DNA from: Massalongia carnosa
Taxonomy: Eukaryota
DNA length: 64,000 bases
NCBI GenBank assembly: GCA_965645245.1
Contig: OZ287076.1
Location: forward strand, 186,001-250,000
Direction: 5' to 3'
Numbering within the stretch: position 1 is the stretch's first letter; every line of letters starts with the position of its first letter. The notes beneath the pieces were generated by a model that was not told the DNA's origin, did not search any database, and saw only the letters and a program-made list of their open reading frames with translations. Of the stretch, positions 11,400 through 23,396 are shown piece after piece. Position numbers and translations under genes: made by a program.

Positions 11400-12152
11400 G
11401 GTAGTAGGACGGTTGTCTGTGATTCCGGCTAGCTGCATGATCAAGGCTAGTTGTACACGGTACCGCTCGTGATCAAAGACGATCTCGACGGAGAGAAACA
11501 ATATCTTCAGGAGCTCGAACTCGTCCTCGGCCCGCATGATGAGCTTCTTCTTCTTCTTCTTCTCAGTCCTTAAACCATGCTTCAGAGCGAGCCGTTGTCT
11601 CGCCTAGTACTGGTTAATCAATAGAGGCGTAGAATGGGGCTCTCGTACCCCTTGCATCTGGCTTTTGATAAGCGGGTCGATCTCTAGACAGCCAGTCTCT
11701 TTCTTTCGTGTTTGCAGGATACTAGCCGCACTCAGCCGATTTTTTCTAATGGAGAGTAGCCAGTCGAAGAAGACGTAGAGGATGTTGATAGAGATCTCCC
11801 TGAGAGTCATGACGGGGTTCTTCCCAGTGAATTCGCAATATCTGTCAGCCTCGATCAGATTTCGCCAGTCCACGATAGTAGTAGTAGCATCTCCTTACCG
11901 ATACCAAAGGTTCTTAATCCAGCTCTGTAGATCCTCGCTGCTGTCCTTGTAAACTCGTTCAGGGAAACATAGAGTCGACGAGCGTGGACGATAGGTGATC
12001 GACGTGAAGGAGGGACGGCGAAAATGAAAGTGGGAGAATAAGAGGGTTGGAAAGGTGAAGATGAAGGGTAGAGGGACACGAAGAGAAAGGTCGTCAGAGA
12101 CGATGGGAACGGAGGGGAAGCTGAGCAGAACAGCCGATTCTGGAGGGAGCAC
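11400..12152 (-). pseudogene. DUF3435 tyrosine recombinase, 5' part (continuous with 4333-5982 once the Copia is removed)
   Basis: Spliced reading WIKNLWYR/YCEF..FFDWLL../FDHERYRVQLALIMQLAGITDNRPTT joins LLDVCYKD across the GGTAG target-site duplication. The start codon is uncertain. Confidence 0.8.
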
Positions 12153-13038
12153 GATGAAATAAATACCTAGTGTCGGACAAAGACCATGAGGACCAGCTAG
12201 GTGATGATGCTTGAGGCATGAAACGCTCGACGTGGTGAGGTGATGCGCAAGAGCGACCGGGGACGGGCAGGGCGGCGGGAAATATCCAGCAATATAGAAG
12301 CTGAAACAAATAATGTGAGGAGAGAAGCTGCAATTTATGATTTGAAAGTGGAGGACTGAGCGCCTTGAGGTCTACTTTCGCGTTAGCAAGTGCGTTCTAG
12401 ACGTGCGAACTAGCTAACTTATACTCGATATGCGTTTGAGAAGAGAATTTTGATATGTGGCTTTTAGATGGCAGACAGTCTTTAATTATATTATCTTATA
12501 AGTATTCCTCACAGTCATGAAGATGAGAGATGAACCACTGCATTTCATTTCAGGCTTGTTTTCTCTGCCCACAAAAAGGTCAGTAATTTTTTGATCTCGA
12601 AAATATAGGCACACATTAACTCACTTCTCAATGACTAATAGAGGCCATCTCTTCTATGTTTGCTTATAAATAACACACCAGGCTGTAACTAAATAACAAG
12701 GGTGTTTACATTGATATATGGCCTCGGTATAATCACACATGTTAAGATGAAAGGCAGCAGAAACGAGATAAAGAATCTAACAACCTGGCGAGAGATGGAA
12801 GTGCTTCTGAAGGAGAAAGAGGTTTAAATAGACTTTGCATATACGACGAAGAAAGCCTCTTTCTATATGCTTTCCGATTTCGTTCTCTAGACAAAGTCAT
12901 CATCCTGCGCCCCTAATCTCAACAGAGCAGAATAGATCAAAATTCATGGACTGGCTGATGTTATCGACCAACAGTATGTTCTTCGGATAAAGACCCCGGA
13001 GGTAACAATGCATACGAACTTCAAACACTACACCAATT

Positions 13039-14365
13039 GTGAATGCAATCAAACCGACTATTGAAATATGGCATCGAAGAATGGGCCACCTCGGCAACCG
13101 GAATGTTCTTAGACTTCCACAAATGGCTGAAGGAATTGACCTGAAAGGACGAGTCCCAGAAGAAATTTGTGGGTCATGCATGAAAGGACGACAGCAAAGA
13201 AAGCTGTCACGGACTCCTATGCCTCGTGCTACAAAGTTCCTGGAAGAGGTTCATAGTGATTTAGGAGGTCCATACCCGGCCTCCCGAAATGGATTGCAAT
13301 ATTACATATCCTTTAAAGATGACGCCACTGGGACATATCATGTTTATCCGATGCAACTGAAGAGTCAGGCCTTTGAGAAGACAAAGGAATATATCGAATG
13401 GACGTCTCAGGAGACTGGCATGCAGATGGGAGCACTTCATACCGATGGGGGAGGTGAATATAAAAGTGCAGCCTTCAAGATTATCTGAAGAAACATCACA
13501 TCAAATGGAGACCTAGTGCCCCATACACACTTGAGCAAAATGGAAAGGCGGAACGTCTGAATTATACTCTGATGAGTTCAGTACGGTCCATATTGTCTGC
13601 TATGAAATTATCGAAGGGCCTATGGCCTGAAATTATCAAAGCAGTGTGTTATCTGAAGAACAGAAGTCCTAACACAGACGAAGTGACTCCATACGAGAAA
13701 TTGAAAGACAGGAAGCTCAACCTCAGTCATCTGAGGGTGTTGGGTGCACGTGCTTGGTTTCATATTCCCAAAGAGAAGAGAAAGAAGCTGGATGAACGGT
13801 CCTGGCAGGGCATTCATGTTGGCTATGAAGGCATAAATTAGTACAGGATATATGACCCCTGTACCGGAAAGGTTCATGTTACAAGAGACGTAACTATTGA
13901 CGAAAAGAACCTCTTTGACCGAAAGGCTTTCAACCCGAAAGAGCTTGTTGACGACGAGTGGACCAGAAGGACGATGATCTATTTGGAAATCCAGACGACT
14001 ATGACGACGACGAGAAGGACGATGCATACACCCAATCTCGATTCAACAAACCTCAACTTCCTACACCGCCAAATAGTCCTTCAAACATGGGACATTCAGA
14101 CCAAATTCCTGTGGGAGCTTCCCAAAAAACATGGCCAGAAGGGGGAGGAAATTTCGAAGCCAATTATCATAGTTTTTATGATAGTCACGACGAAGTGACC
14201 CTTGACACCGACCATGACGCTCAGGAAGATCATAATTCGTCCACCATCTCATCTGACCATGTTCTATTGAGAAGATCCAAACGAGCACCCGTCAAACGTA
14301 CAAATTATCCTGATGAAATTATCTATGGTTTTGGTAAAATACCGAAGGGAATTGAAACCGGGAAC
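13039..14365 (+). mobile_element. Degenerate Copia fragment (GAG-pre-integrase and integrase)
   Basis: IWHRRMGHL, EVHSDLGGP, LHTDGGGEY, EQNGKAERLN, GIHVGYEG. Contains stops and frameshifts; no LTRs seen. Confidence 0.85.
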
Positions 14366-14369
14366 TATA

Positions 14370-17300
14370 GTATCATCGCTCGCCGCCAGGACAACAATCT
14401 GTATATCCTGAACATGTAGAACGTCTCTGAAGTCGCTCTCGCTCTCGCTGCAATTAATAGCGAGGCGATAAAAATATGGCACGCTCATTTAGGCCATCTT
14501 GGAAATCAAAACATTCTCAAGCTCGCTGGCATGTCAAAAGGAATGGAGCTCACCAAGCCCCCGCCACAAGACGTCTGTCCTCCGTGCGCCATCGCTTAGT
14601 TCCAAATACTCGCTTAGCCCCATTACGGGATTTCCCGGTGAAACGCCGAACCCGGTGACAACGCCGAATTTTAGAAAATTACTCCGCACTACCTTACCCT
14701 CTTCAACTATGAATAACACTACTATTACCGCCCCAATTGACCAAGCAATTGCTAATTTAGAATCGCAAGAACGACCAAATATACTTGCAACTGCTAAGAA
14801 ATTTGGCCTAGTCGAAAGTACTCTTCGGCGGCGATGGAAAGGCCAATCGATCTCCCGACGGGAGGCTTCATCCACACATAAGCAACGCCTCACAACGGTC
14901 CAAGAAGAGGCTCTAATCTCACAAATCAATCGATTAACCGACAGAGGAATACCTCCTACCCCTACAATTGTGCGCAATTTGGCAGAAGAAATGATCCAGT
15001 CGTCAGTAGGTAGGAACTGGGCGGGAGAATTCACTAAGCGAAATCAAGATAGACTTAAAAGTCTATATTTACGCAACATGGACAGTCTATGCATAAAGTC
15101 TGAGTATGCACCTAAATTCAAGCAATTCTATGATCAGGTCCGTAGTTTTGACAATATAACTGCCCCTATTTGCGTCGCATTTGTGCCTAATAGTCATCAT
15201 TTCTTCTAGTTGATCGCGGGGATCGAAAAATATAACATCACAGCAGATAACGTCTATAATTGGGACGAAAAGGGCTTTTTAATTGGCATGGCCTCTGCCG
15301 TAAAGCGATTAATGACTCTTGAAGCTCTAGAATCCGGGCGCATAACCCATGCGAGTCAAGATGGAAGTCGTGAATTCATCAGTCTACTGGCTTGCATATG
15401 CGCAAACGGTACCGCTTTACCACCCGCGCTGATCTATAGAGGCGATTCAAAGACACTTCAGGATATATGGTTAGAAGATTGGAGTGTAGATCAGCAAGCT
15501 TTCTTCGCGGTCTCCTCCAATGGATGGAGTTGTGACCTGCTTGGTCTAAACTAGCTTGAGCGTGTTTTTAAACGATGTACGAAGCATATGGGGCATAGAA
15601 GGCGGTTGCTGGTGGTGGATGGTCATTCTAGCCACGTCAATATGAAATTCATCAATAAATGCGATGAACTACGAATTCTATTGATGATTCTACCATCGCA
15701 TACTACGCACCGGTTGCAACCCCTAGATGTTTCATTGTTTGCCCCCCTGGCCCGGTATTACACGAATGGCCTCAATGATATGATGTTTAACTCATTGGGC
15801 ACAGTGAACATATCAAAAAGAGTCTTCTGGGGTGTTTTTTGGCCTGGCTGGCAGAAGGCCTTCAATGAAAAGAACATAATCTCTGGGTTTGAGAAGACAG
15901 GCATATGACCGTACAATCCAAACATCCTACTAATAAAATCACCAAATCGCCTTCACCAGAGGAGAAACCTAACGTCACACAAGCACCCAAGACACCTTTG
16001 ACGGGACGGGCGGTTCGTCGCATACAAAAAGCCTACGTAAAAGAGCCAAATAGAGTTTTGTTGTCCAAGATATTTGCTGCAAATAAGCGTCTCGCAGCTA
16101 ATCGTTCTATTGATCAACACGTAATTAGAGGTCTATGCGAGGCACTTAAAGAGGAAAAGAAACGACGAAAACGTGGTAAACGCCTGAATTTGCTAGGTGA
16201 AGAAGATTCTGGGCCTCACTTTTTCAGTCCGGGTAGGGTGGCAGCGGCCAGAGCCTATCAGGCTTCAAAAGATGACGAAAAGCCACGACGGCAACAGGAT
16301 CTCGCTGAAAAATGGGCACAGTTAGTTTTTAAAAAGTCGCTGAAGGAAAAAGAATGCAAGAACGGGCCCTAGTTGCTATAGAAAAAAACGATTGATCGAG
16401 GAGGCGAGGCAGGCTAAAGCGGTCGAAAAGCAGGCCCAAAACGAATTGAAAAACGCAGGTACTAAGCCTTCTGAATTATCGATGAGGTTGGAATCGACAT
16501 CTACAGGGCCAAAGCAAATGCCAAAGTGTCGAAGGCAGTCCCAGGAGCAAAGTGATGATGTCGAGGTGGTTGGTGGAGTGGAAATAATAATTTCTCGTAC
16601 ATCTAGGGGGAGAGAGGTACGAAAGTCAAATCATTTTGGCGAATAGAATTTTATTCTATACATCAAATTGGACACCTTCTATGTACATTTTACCAAAGCT
16701 TCAGTAAATTTAGAAATTTCGGCGTTCTCAGGGTTCGGCGTTTCACCGGGAAATCCCGTAGTTCTAGCTCAGCCCTGCAGGCTGCCATGACTGCTATAAG
16801 CAGTCACCTCCGTAGTAATTTCAACATTATGCCGTCAACTGTTTATTTAACACCATGTAGAACCACACTGGGCCCCCATCCAACCAGGCAAGCACCCGCT
16901 GGACTTAAGTCACAGCGATGTTCAAGGACCTTTCCCAGAAGCCTTGAATGGCGCCAAATATATGGTGACCTTTCTTTGCGATTTCGATAAACGGTCCTAC
17001 GTCACCTTACTGCGCGTCAAAAGCGGAGTCCTTCAAGCCTTTAAAAACTACAAGAAGCAAAATGAATATGGGGACAAACGAATTAAGCGCTTGCGATCGG
17101 ACTGTGGGGTGGGAACCTACCGTATCGGGAAATCCACCCATGAACTGGACAGCCGAGCGCCTAGGTCAAACGCTTCACAAGTTAGCCAGCACCATGCGAG
17201 AAGGCGCTAAACTCGACATCAAATATTGGGCTGAAATGGTTCTCACTGCCAACTACCTAAGAAATCGACAACCAACTGCGGGACGCTCCATCACCCCCTA

Positions 17301-18760
17301 CGAATCTCACACCGGCAGCCCACCAGAACTAGGACATCTAAGGATAATAGGACAGACTAGCTATACGCAAAATCGCAAGCCCTCCACCGGATGGAAGAAA
17401 TTATAGGAACGAGCCACCAAATGTACTTTAGTAGGATACGAAGGCGATCACATCTATCGAATGATAAATCCACGGGGCGCGGTCATGCGTTATTCCAATG
17501 TTCAGTGGATAGATAACAATCCCCAACTCCTCCTTCCTTATCATTCTCTCAAACTAAAAGAGCCCTACATGTTGGACAGTCAGGACCGCTCACAAGAAAG
17601 CAAAAAATTACCCATCATACGCACGCCCCTCATACGGACTTGGTCGACGCTCATGAATCCATAGAATCAATTCTCACTGGACCTCTCCCATCAAACGTTG
17701 GACAAGAGGCATTGGCAAACCCACGGCCCATTGAGCCTCGATCTCAGGCAGATATTCTCTCTAAGCACCCAAAACTTCGTGCCCCCTCGCCTGACCCACT
17801 AGCTCTTTTGGATCTTCTTGCTCGAGCCAATGACCCGGAGCCATACGAGCCTAAAACCTATAAACAGGCAGTAGACAGTCGGGAAGAAAAGGATTGGCGA
17901 AGGGCAATGCAGGAAGAAATTTACTCTATCAACGAAAATGATACCTGGATCCTCACCTCCCTGCCCCCGGACCGCAAAGCCCTGCGAGGCAAATGGGTTT
18001 ATAAAATCAAACGAGGCCCGGCTAACGAGATTCTTCGTTACAAGGCTCGATGGGTAGTCAGAGGCTTTGAGCAACGTGAAGGCATTGACTACAATGAGAC
18101 TTTTGCTTCAGTAGTGAAGCCAATGAGCTATAAAGCCATCTTCGCTATCGCTGCAGCCAATGACTGGGAAATTCACCAAATGGACGTAAAAACAGCCTTC
18201 TTGTACGGAAGGGTGGACGAGGAAATCTACGTGGAGCAACCAACCGGTCTGGGTGACGGGCCAACGAGAGTTTGCAAGTTGAAGAAAGCTCTTTATGGCC
18301 TGAAACAGTCGTCTAGAATCTGGTATGAAACGATCACTACTTTTTTCAAGTCTCATGACTTCGTTCCAGTCAACGCCGACCTTAGTGTTTTTGTTAAAGA
18401 AGGGGTTATCGTAGTCATTGATGTCGATGATTTAATCATCACTGGCGCTTCTTCTTCCGAGATACAACGTGTCAAGAAACTGCTGAGCGACGAGTTCTCG
18501 ATGGTTGATTTAGGCCCTATCAATTACTACCTGGGCATGACGATAACTCGGGATCGGGCTAACAGGATTCTTCGCCTTGGTCAGCAGGCCTATCTGGAAA
18601 AAGTACTACGCGACCATGGCATGTGGGACACTAACCCCGTGGCTACCCGATGGATGGGCGACTGGAGGCTGCACCAGAGGGCCATCAGGCCACAGATGAC
18701 TCTCGCCTCCGCTACCAATCAGCGGTGGGCTCTCTCATGTATGCTATGCTAGGCACCAGG
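14370..18760 (+). mobile_element. Second degenerate Copia relic (pre-integrase, integrase, RT), interrupted by a Fot1/pogo element and truncated before RNase H
   Basis: IWHAHLGHLGNQN..C..C at 14473-14595 resumes as HSDVQGPF..RLRSDCG at 16860-17400. The RT ORF 17640-18752 has YKARWVVRGFEQ, LYGLKQS and DVDD. Confidence 0.85.
14626..16758 (+). mobile_element. Fot1/pogo (Tc1-mariner superfamily) DNA transposon with inactivated DDE transposase
   Basis: TIRs CGGGATTTCCCGGTGAAACGCCGAACCC / GGGTTCGGCGTTTCACCGGGAAATCCCG with TA at 14624-14625 and 16759-16760. HTH, NWDEKGF, DGHSSH and LQPLDV motifs; intron 15138-15209; TGG-derived stops at 15552 and 15906. Confidence 0.95.
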
Positions 18761-19354
18761 CCTGCGAGTAGATTCGGGACAGACCTCTGGCAGACCCCTC
18801 ATAAATTTCTACTGCTTATTAGGACTAGCTTAAGCCTCCCTCACACTAAATTAACAGTCCATCTACTAATGCAACGTCTCCCCGCAAGCTTCATATACCT
18901 ACCTAGTTGATTATAACCCAGTCACTTGCAACATTACTTATTGCTGTAGCCAATTCAAACATCAAACGTAGCTAGCCTCTGATTATTTGATGAGGGGCAA
19001 TCATCTCATATACCCAACGTTTATCATCTTTTTGATTATATTCTTTTTCTCAGTCATGGCCTCCGCCTAACTTTCCCTAGATCAGAAAATTGGAAAGGCC
19101 AAGGCCCTTCTCCCTTCAGCCCATTGTCTCCCCCCTCAAGAGGGAGAAGGTTTCGCTAGCTGAGAGGAGGGAAAGGCTCGCCTTCAGGACTATGCTTTTA
19201 CCCAGGGGTTCGCGGTAGTCATAGAATCTTTTCAGAAAACACGGGGAGTCATGTTATTAGAATGCACACGTCACCATCGAAAAGAGAGAAACACCAGAAA
19301 ATTGGCTGAGACAGACCGCCAACGAAAGAGTACGAAAGTTTCGTTCAATAACTG

Positions 19355-19479
19355 CATCTCCATAACTGCCTATTAGGCACCTCCTATAGATGCCTGGCAG
19401 GCACCCGTGGGACTCACGATGGATGCCTATACTAGTGGTAGTCTGACCATCTAACCGATGGTAGCCTTATCATTTAACA
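19355..19479 (-). repeat. LTR fragment related to the internal portion of LTR A
   Basis: The reverse complement resembles 6136-6255 and terminates at ...CATTTAACA (TGTTARATG end). Confidence 0.75.
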
Positions 19480-19919
19480 AGCAACACGCATCTATGCAGG
19501 TTTTCCTCACCGACCGAGCCTAGTAACATCCGTAGTTCTTTATGGCAGAGCCAGTCGTGCGTGACTCATTGATGGGATGAATTTATATGATGTCAGATAG
19601 AAAAGCAGTTTTGTCGCGAGCGAATCGGGTGTATGTCGATTATCCAGATCACGATGCTTCTGGAATATCTATGTTGAAGATTTCTCTGTTTGATCTCCGT
19701 TACAATCCTCCTTATCCCATCATCCTCTCATCGACAACATGCGTTTCGATCCTTCATTCCTGTAACTAGTTAATCATACTGTACTCGCTCTGATGAAAGC
19801 TATCTTGTGTATTTCCTTTGTCTTCAGCTACAATTGCGTTATCATCAGGTCACCCCTGGACATCATGTTCTTACCACTGTCCGCATCTGCCAACGCTTTC
19901 CGTTCCACCGAGTCAGCTG

Positions 19920-20370
19920 TGTTAGATGTTAGATGATGAGGCCACCATCAATATGGGCATCCATCATGAGCCCCGGGAGGTGCCTGGCAAAGTGCCTAAA
20001 CAAGCAGATATGGGAGCCAAGGTCTGACCGTCAGGGTGCCTAAACAAGCAGATATGGGGGGACAAGGTCTGACCGTTTAGGCTCCTAGATGTGACTGTTT
20101 TGTGACTGCTATATAAAGCAGACAAATAGCCCACATAGATAATTACCTTCAATGACAATCATGCTATTTCACCTAAACTTGAATTTATCATTCATCAAGC
20201 TGAAACCGGTCAAACACCCGAGTTAACAGGCAGCTATGGGAGGCCTAAAGCATCACTGTTATGTGACTGCTTTTTGTAACTGCTATAAAAGCAGGTAGAT
20301 AGCCCACATAGATAATTACCTTCAATGACAATCATGCTATTATACCTACAAAGTGAATCATCATATTCAT
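19920..20370 (+). repeat. Nested solo-LTR cluster (TGTTAGATG family)
   Basis: TGTTAGATG..GTTAACA at 19927-20228 with internal duplicated ~37-bp units, followed by a second copy of the TGACTGCTATA..AGCCCACATAGATAAT block shared with LTR A. Confidence 0.75.
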
Positions 20371-20372
20371 CA

Positions 20373-21045
20373 TTGCTTACCACGAAACGGGCATTGGAGC
20401 ATCCGCGCATTATCTGGCTAGGGAGAGGGAGCTAACTACAAATGTCAATTACTGGAATAATCTTCTGACGGCGGGGGTGACAATGAAGCGGTTCGGAGAT
20501 AGTCGTCGGTCGGCGTTGGATATCATTGAAATACTGACCCAGAGTGAAAAGTTCATTTCACAGCTTACAAGGGAATATGTCATTGAAGGCAAGATATTAC
20601 ATCGGACAAGAGCCGGCCATGTTATTGATCAGGATATTGGGGAAGCACGCGAACGCTATGAAAAAGATCTCCGCGCTATCAAAGTAGAACACAATAGAGC
20701 TCTCGAGGCTCACATCGCAAATACAGTGGCGCAGCTGAGAAGTCTGTCGTTACAGACACAAAGCTGAAGATCATTATAGCTGAGATTGAGGAATTGCGTA
20801 TCAAAGGGAATGATGCGCAGCGGTAAGTGGACAGATTGGCAATGATGATTTCTCGGCCTAGATTCTTGGACATCATGACTGATAATATGGAGAAGGGCAA
20901 AATGAAGCAGGAAAGAGCGCTCCGTAGGTTCGCGAGATTTGCTGACATTGGTGTTGTGGTGATAGCGAGTGTTTTGACTGGTGGCGTTATGACGCCGGCG
21001 GCACTGGCTGCGCTTGCTGCTGTATGTCAGGCGCAGACAAATTGA
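20373..21045 (+). pseudogene. C-terminal remnant of a P-loop GTPase (AIG1/MMR_HSR1-like) with coiled coil and hydrophobic tail
   Basis: LLTTK..LARERELTTNVNYWNNLLTAGVTMKRFGDSRRSALDII..QLTREYVIEGK.L..T.AG parallels the C-terminal half of the 21300-22379 protein. It ends in IGVVVIASVLTGGVMTPAALAALAAV; the N-terminus is replaced by LTRs. Confidence 0.65.
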
Positions 21046-21299
21046 AATATAGCGCAATAGCTGAAGATCGATGAACGGGTTTAAACAAATAATGATCTTT
21101 GCAATGCTGTTAATGATCGACAAATAGAAACAACGGCGTTCATGTCTTATTCCATTGAATAAACTTGCACCTTGAGCAGGTATATTTATCCATCCTTCGA
21201 GTTTTGTGCCGACATATTAGGCACCTCCAATACGATCGCCAGAATCATCTCCTGTTGACTGGAATGTGATCGTTTTGTTTCCTGACCTTTGCTTCTAAA

Positions 21300-22379
21300 C
21301 TCGATATCTTCTTCTCCAACGCTTCCTGTGCGGTCAGATGGAGGGTTCGATAGCTTTCCTCTTTCTCTGCAATGGCCGATTCGAGACGGTTGCGCTCAAT
21401 CCTGAGAGCTTTGTGCATTGTTCGGTTGTCTGTGTCAACATTAGCACAACGAGGAAGCCGTAAAGACTTGAAACGGTTTTTTCACGTTGTCTTTGCGCAC
21501 GCTTCATCTCATCCCTTAGGATTTCCTTCTCTTCTTGATGCTTCCTCCCTAGCGCAAGCAGAGTCTCGTTGATAAAAGCTCCGGCATCAGTGTCTACCAG
21601 CTTTTTGCCTTGCTTGACAACCTCGTCTTGTATCCTCGGAACAAATCGTTCCTGCCCCGTATTAAGGATCTCCTCGACCAAAGCCCGTGCACTTGCCTTT
21701 GTGTTATCGAACCTTCTAATCATCGACCCACCGGCAATCATAGGGCCCCAGTACCCACTCTCAGAGCAGAGTTCTTATTCCCGAGATACAGCGTCCTTTT
21801 CAGGCGTGATACCCCATTTAGTTGTGGCTAGAGTGACGTTATGTAAGTTGTCGTCTCCGCATAGTTTCCTGAACATGTGGAGATTTTTCAGACTAGAATT
21901 AGTCATTCGGGCATCCGATATACAGTGGAGATAGATTATGCCTGAGAGCAGCATATTATCGTCGTATGAGTCTTTCATCCACTCTGCAAGCATAGCCAGG
22001 ATTTCTGTATCGCTTCGTTCGGTGTCATTAAAGCCGGGTATGTCGACGAGGAGAACAGACTGTTCGCCGAGTTTGCAGAGGACTTCTTCAATATCGATCG
22101 TATCTTCGAGTAAGTCTACGTCAGTGTAAGCTTTCTAGACCTGTGGGACCGATTACATACAGGACTTCAGATTGTGACCCTATGTTCACTGACCGATCAG
22201 ACAGTTTGCTGATCAAAGTCGACTTGCCGCTTCCCGTCGATCCCATTACAGCTATGAGTCGACATGGGTTTCGCGGCACTTTCGATTGACACTCTCCAGA
22301 GGTTGACCAAGAATCTAGCGACTCAGCATATGGGGGGGGGAGGCTTGCTTGAGGCATACGCATCATCTTCGAGAGACAT
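21300..22379 (-). pseudogene. P-loop GTPase (AIG1/MMR_HSR1-like G domain plus coiled coil)
   Basis: G1 IAVMGSTGSGKST, G2 GHNLKSCT, G3 LVDIPGFND, GIIYLH.ISD.RM, G4 TTKW. In-frame TAA at 21775 and 1-nt frameshifts in G/C runs near 22335 and 22180. Confidence 0.85.
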
Positions 22380-23396
22380 TTCCGCGAGCCAAGAACTTAC
22401 TTTGAAAGTAAAGTGCACTGGAGTGATACTCGAAATATTTTTCAAGTTGAGGGATTGACTGACATTGGGACCCATTAGCTCAGTAATCTAACACCTTTAA
22501 GTAAAGGCTGAATTCAAGGCTTGACTCGCGACGAACTATTATCACTCAGTCAGCGTCGTTGTGCAGACCAAGGACTGATAAACACGAGACTTGAACCTAC
22601 AGCCTCACCCCTCATCTCTTTGATACATTGCAGTAGGCTTGTCATAATACCGCTTAGCCTTACAGCATCAGTGCTATCACCAATCATCTTGTATATGTTA
22701 CTCTGCGCCAACAAGCCACTAGCAAGCCACTTTTGAAAACGACCTCACTTTGAATTAGAGAAGATATCTCGATAGCAATTAACTATTAAGCTTCGCTGAC
22801 GTTGAAATCCTTTCGATGTTAAATATTTTTCTTCGATCATAAAGAGAAGTAAGAAACAATACAGACACATCGCGATATCACGCCGCTCTACCTGACAGTA
22901 TCAGAACTTATTCAATTATGAAAGTAGAGATCTATAGTAAGTTACCGCGTTCGCTGAAGTTATGTCATGATGTGAACTGAACATCATTGAACTTGCATCG
23001 ACGGTTGCCGTAGGTGGACCATTAAGGTTTAGCTCGTGTATTGCCTCTTCCGCGCTGCTGCGGTCTAACCGCATCGGTTACTTAATTCTTTTAGTGAAGG
23101 ATTAAGTAACCAATGTAGTTAGGCTGCGAGCTTACCGCATTGGGCTTAGGATGCTATTCAGGAGGCATATAGGAAATCTCTGCAAGAGTTAAAAGGAGAC
23201 TCTGGTTGCAGGTAATCGCATTGACTATATAGCTATCTGAAAGGAAAAGAGCAGACTTTTCACCAAAGGGCAAAGCACGCTAAACCTAAAACCTTCCTAG
23301 AGAAGATTAGACTACCCGCTATCCACGCAGTGAGCCCAACAAGCCATTATAACCATAATCGCAACCGCCATTCAACAGTCCCCCTGCGGTGCGATA

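Noticed and set aside
12150..12900. Starship upstream boundary, or 5S rRNA/tRNA target remnant
   Set aside because: No convincing direct repeat, TIR or RNA-gene fragment could be identified by eye.
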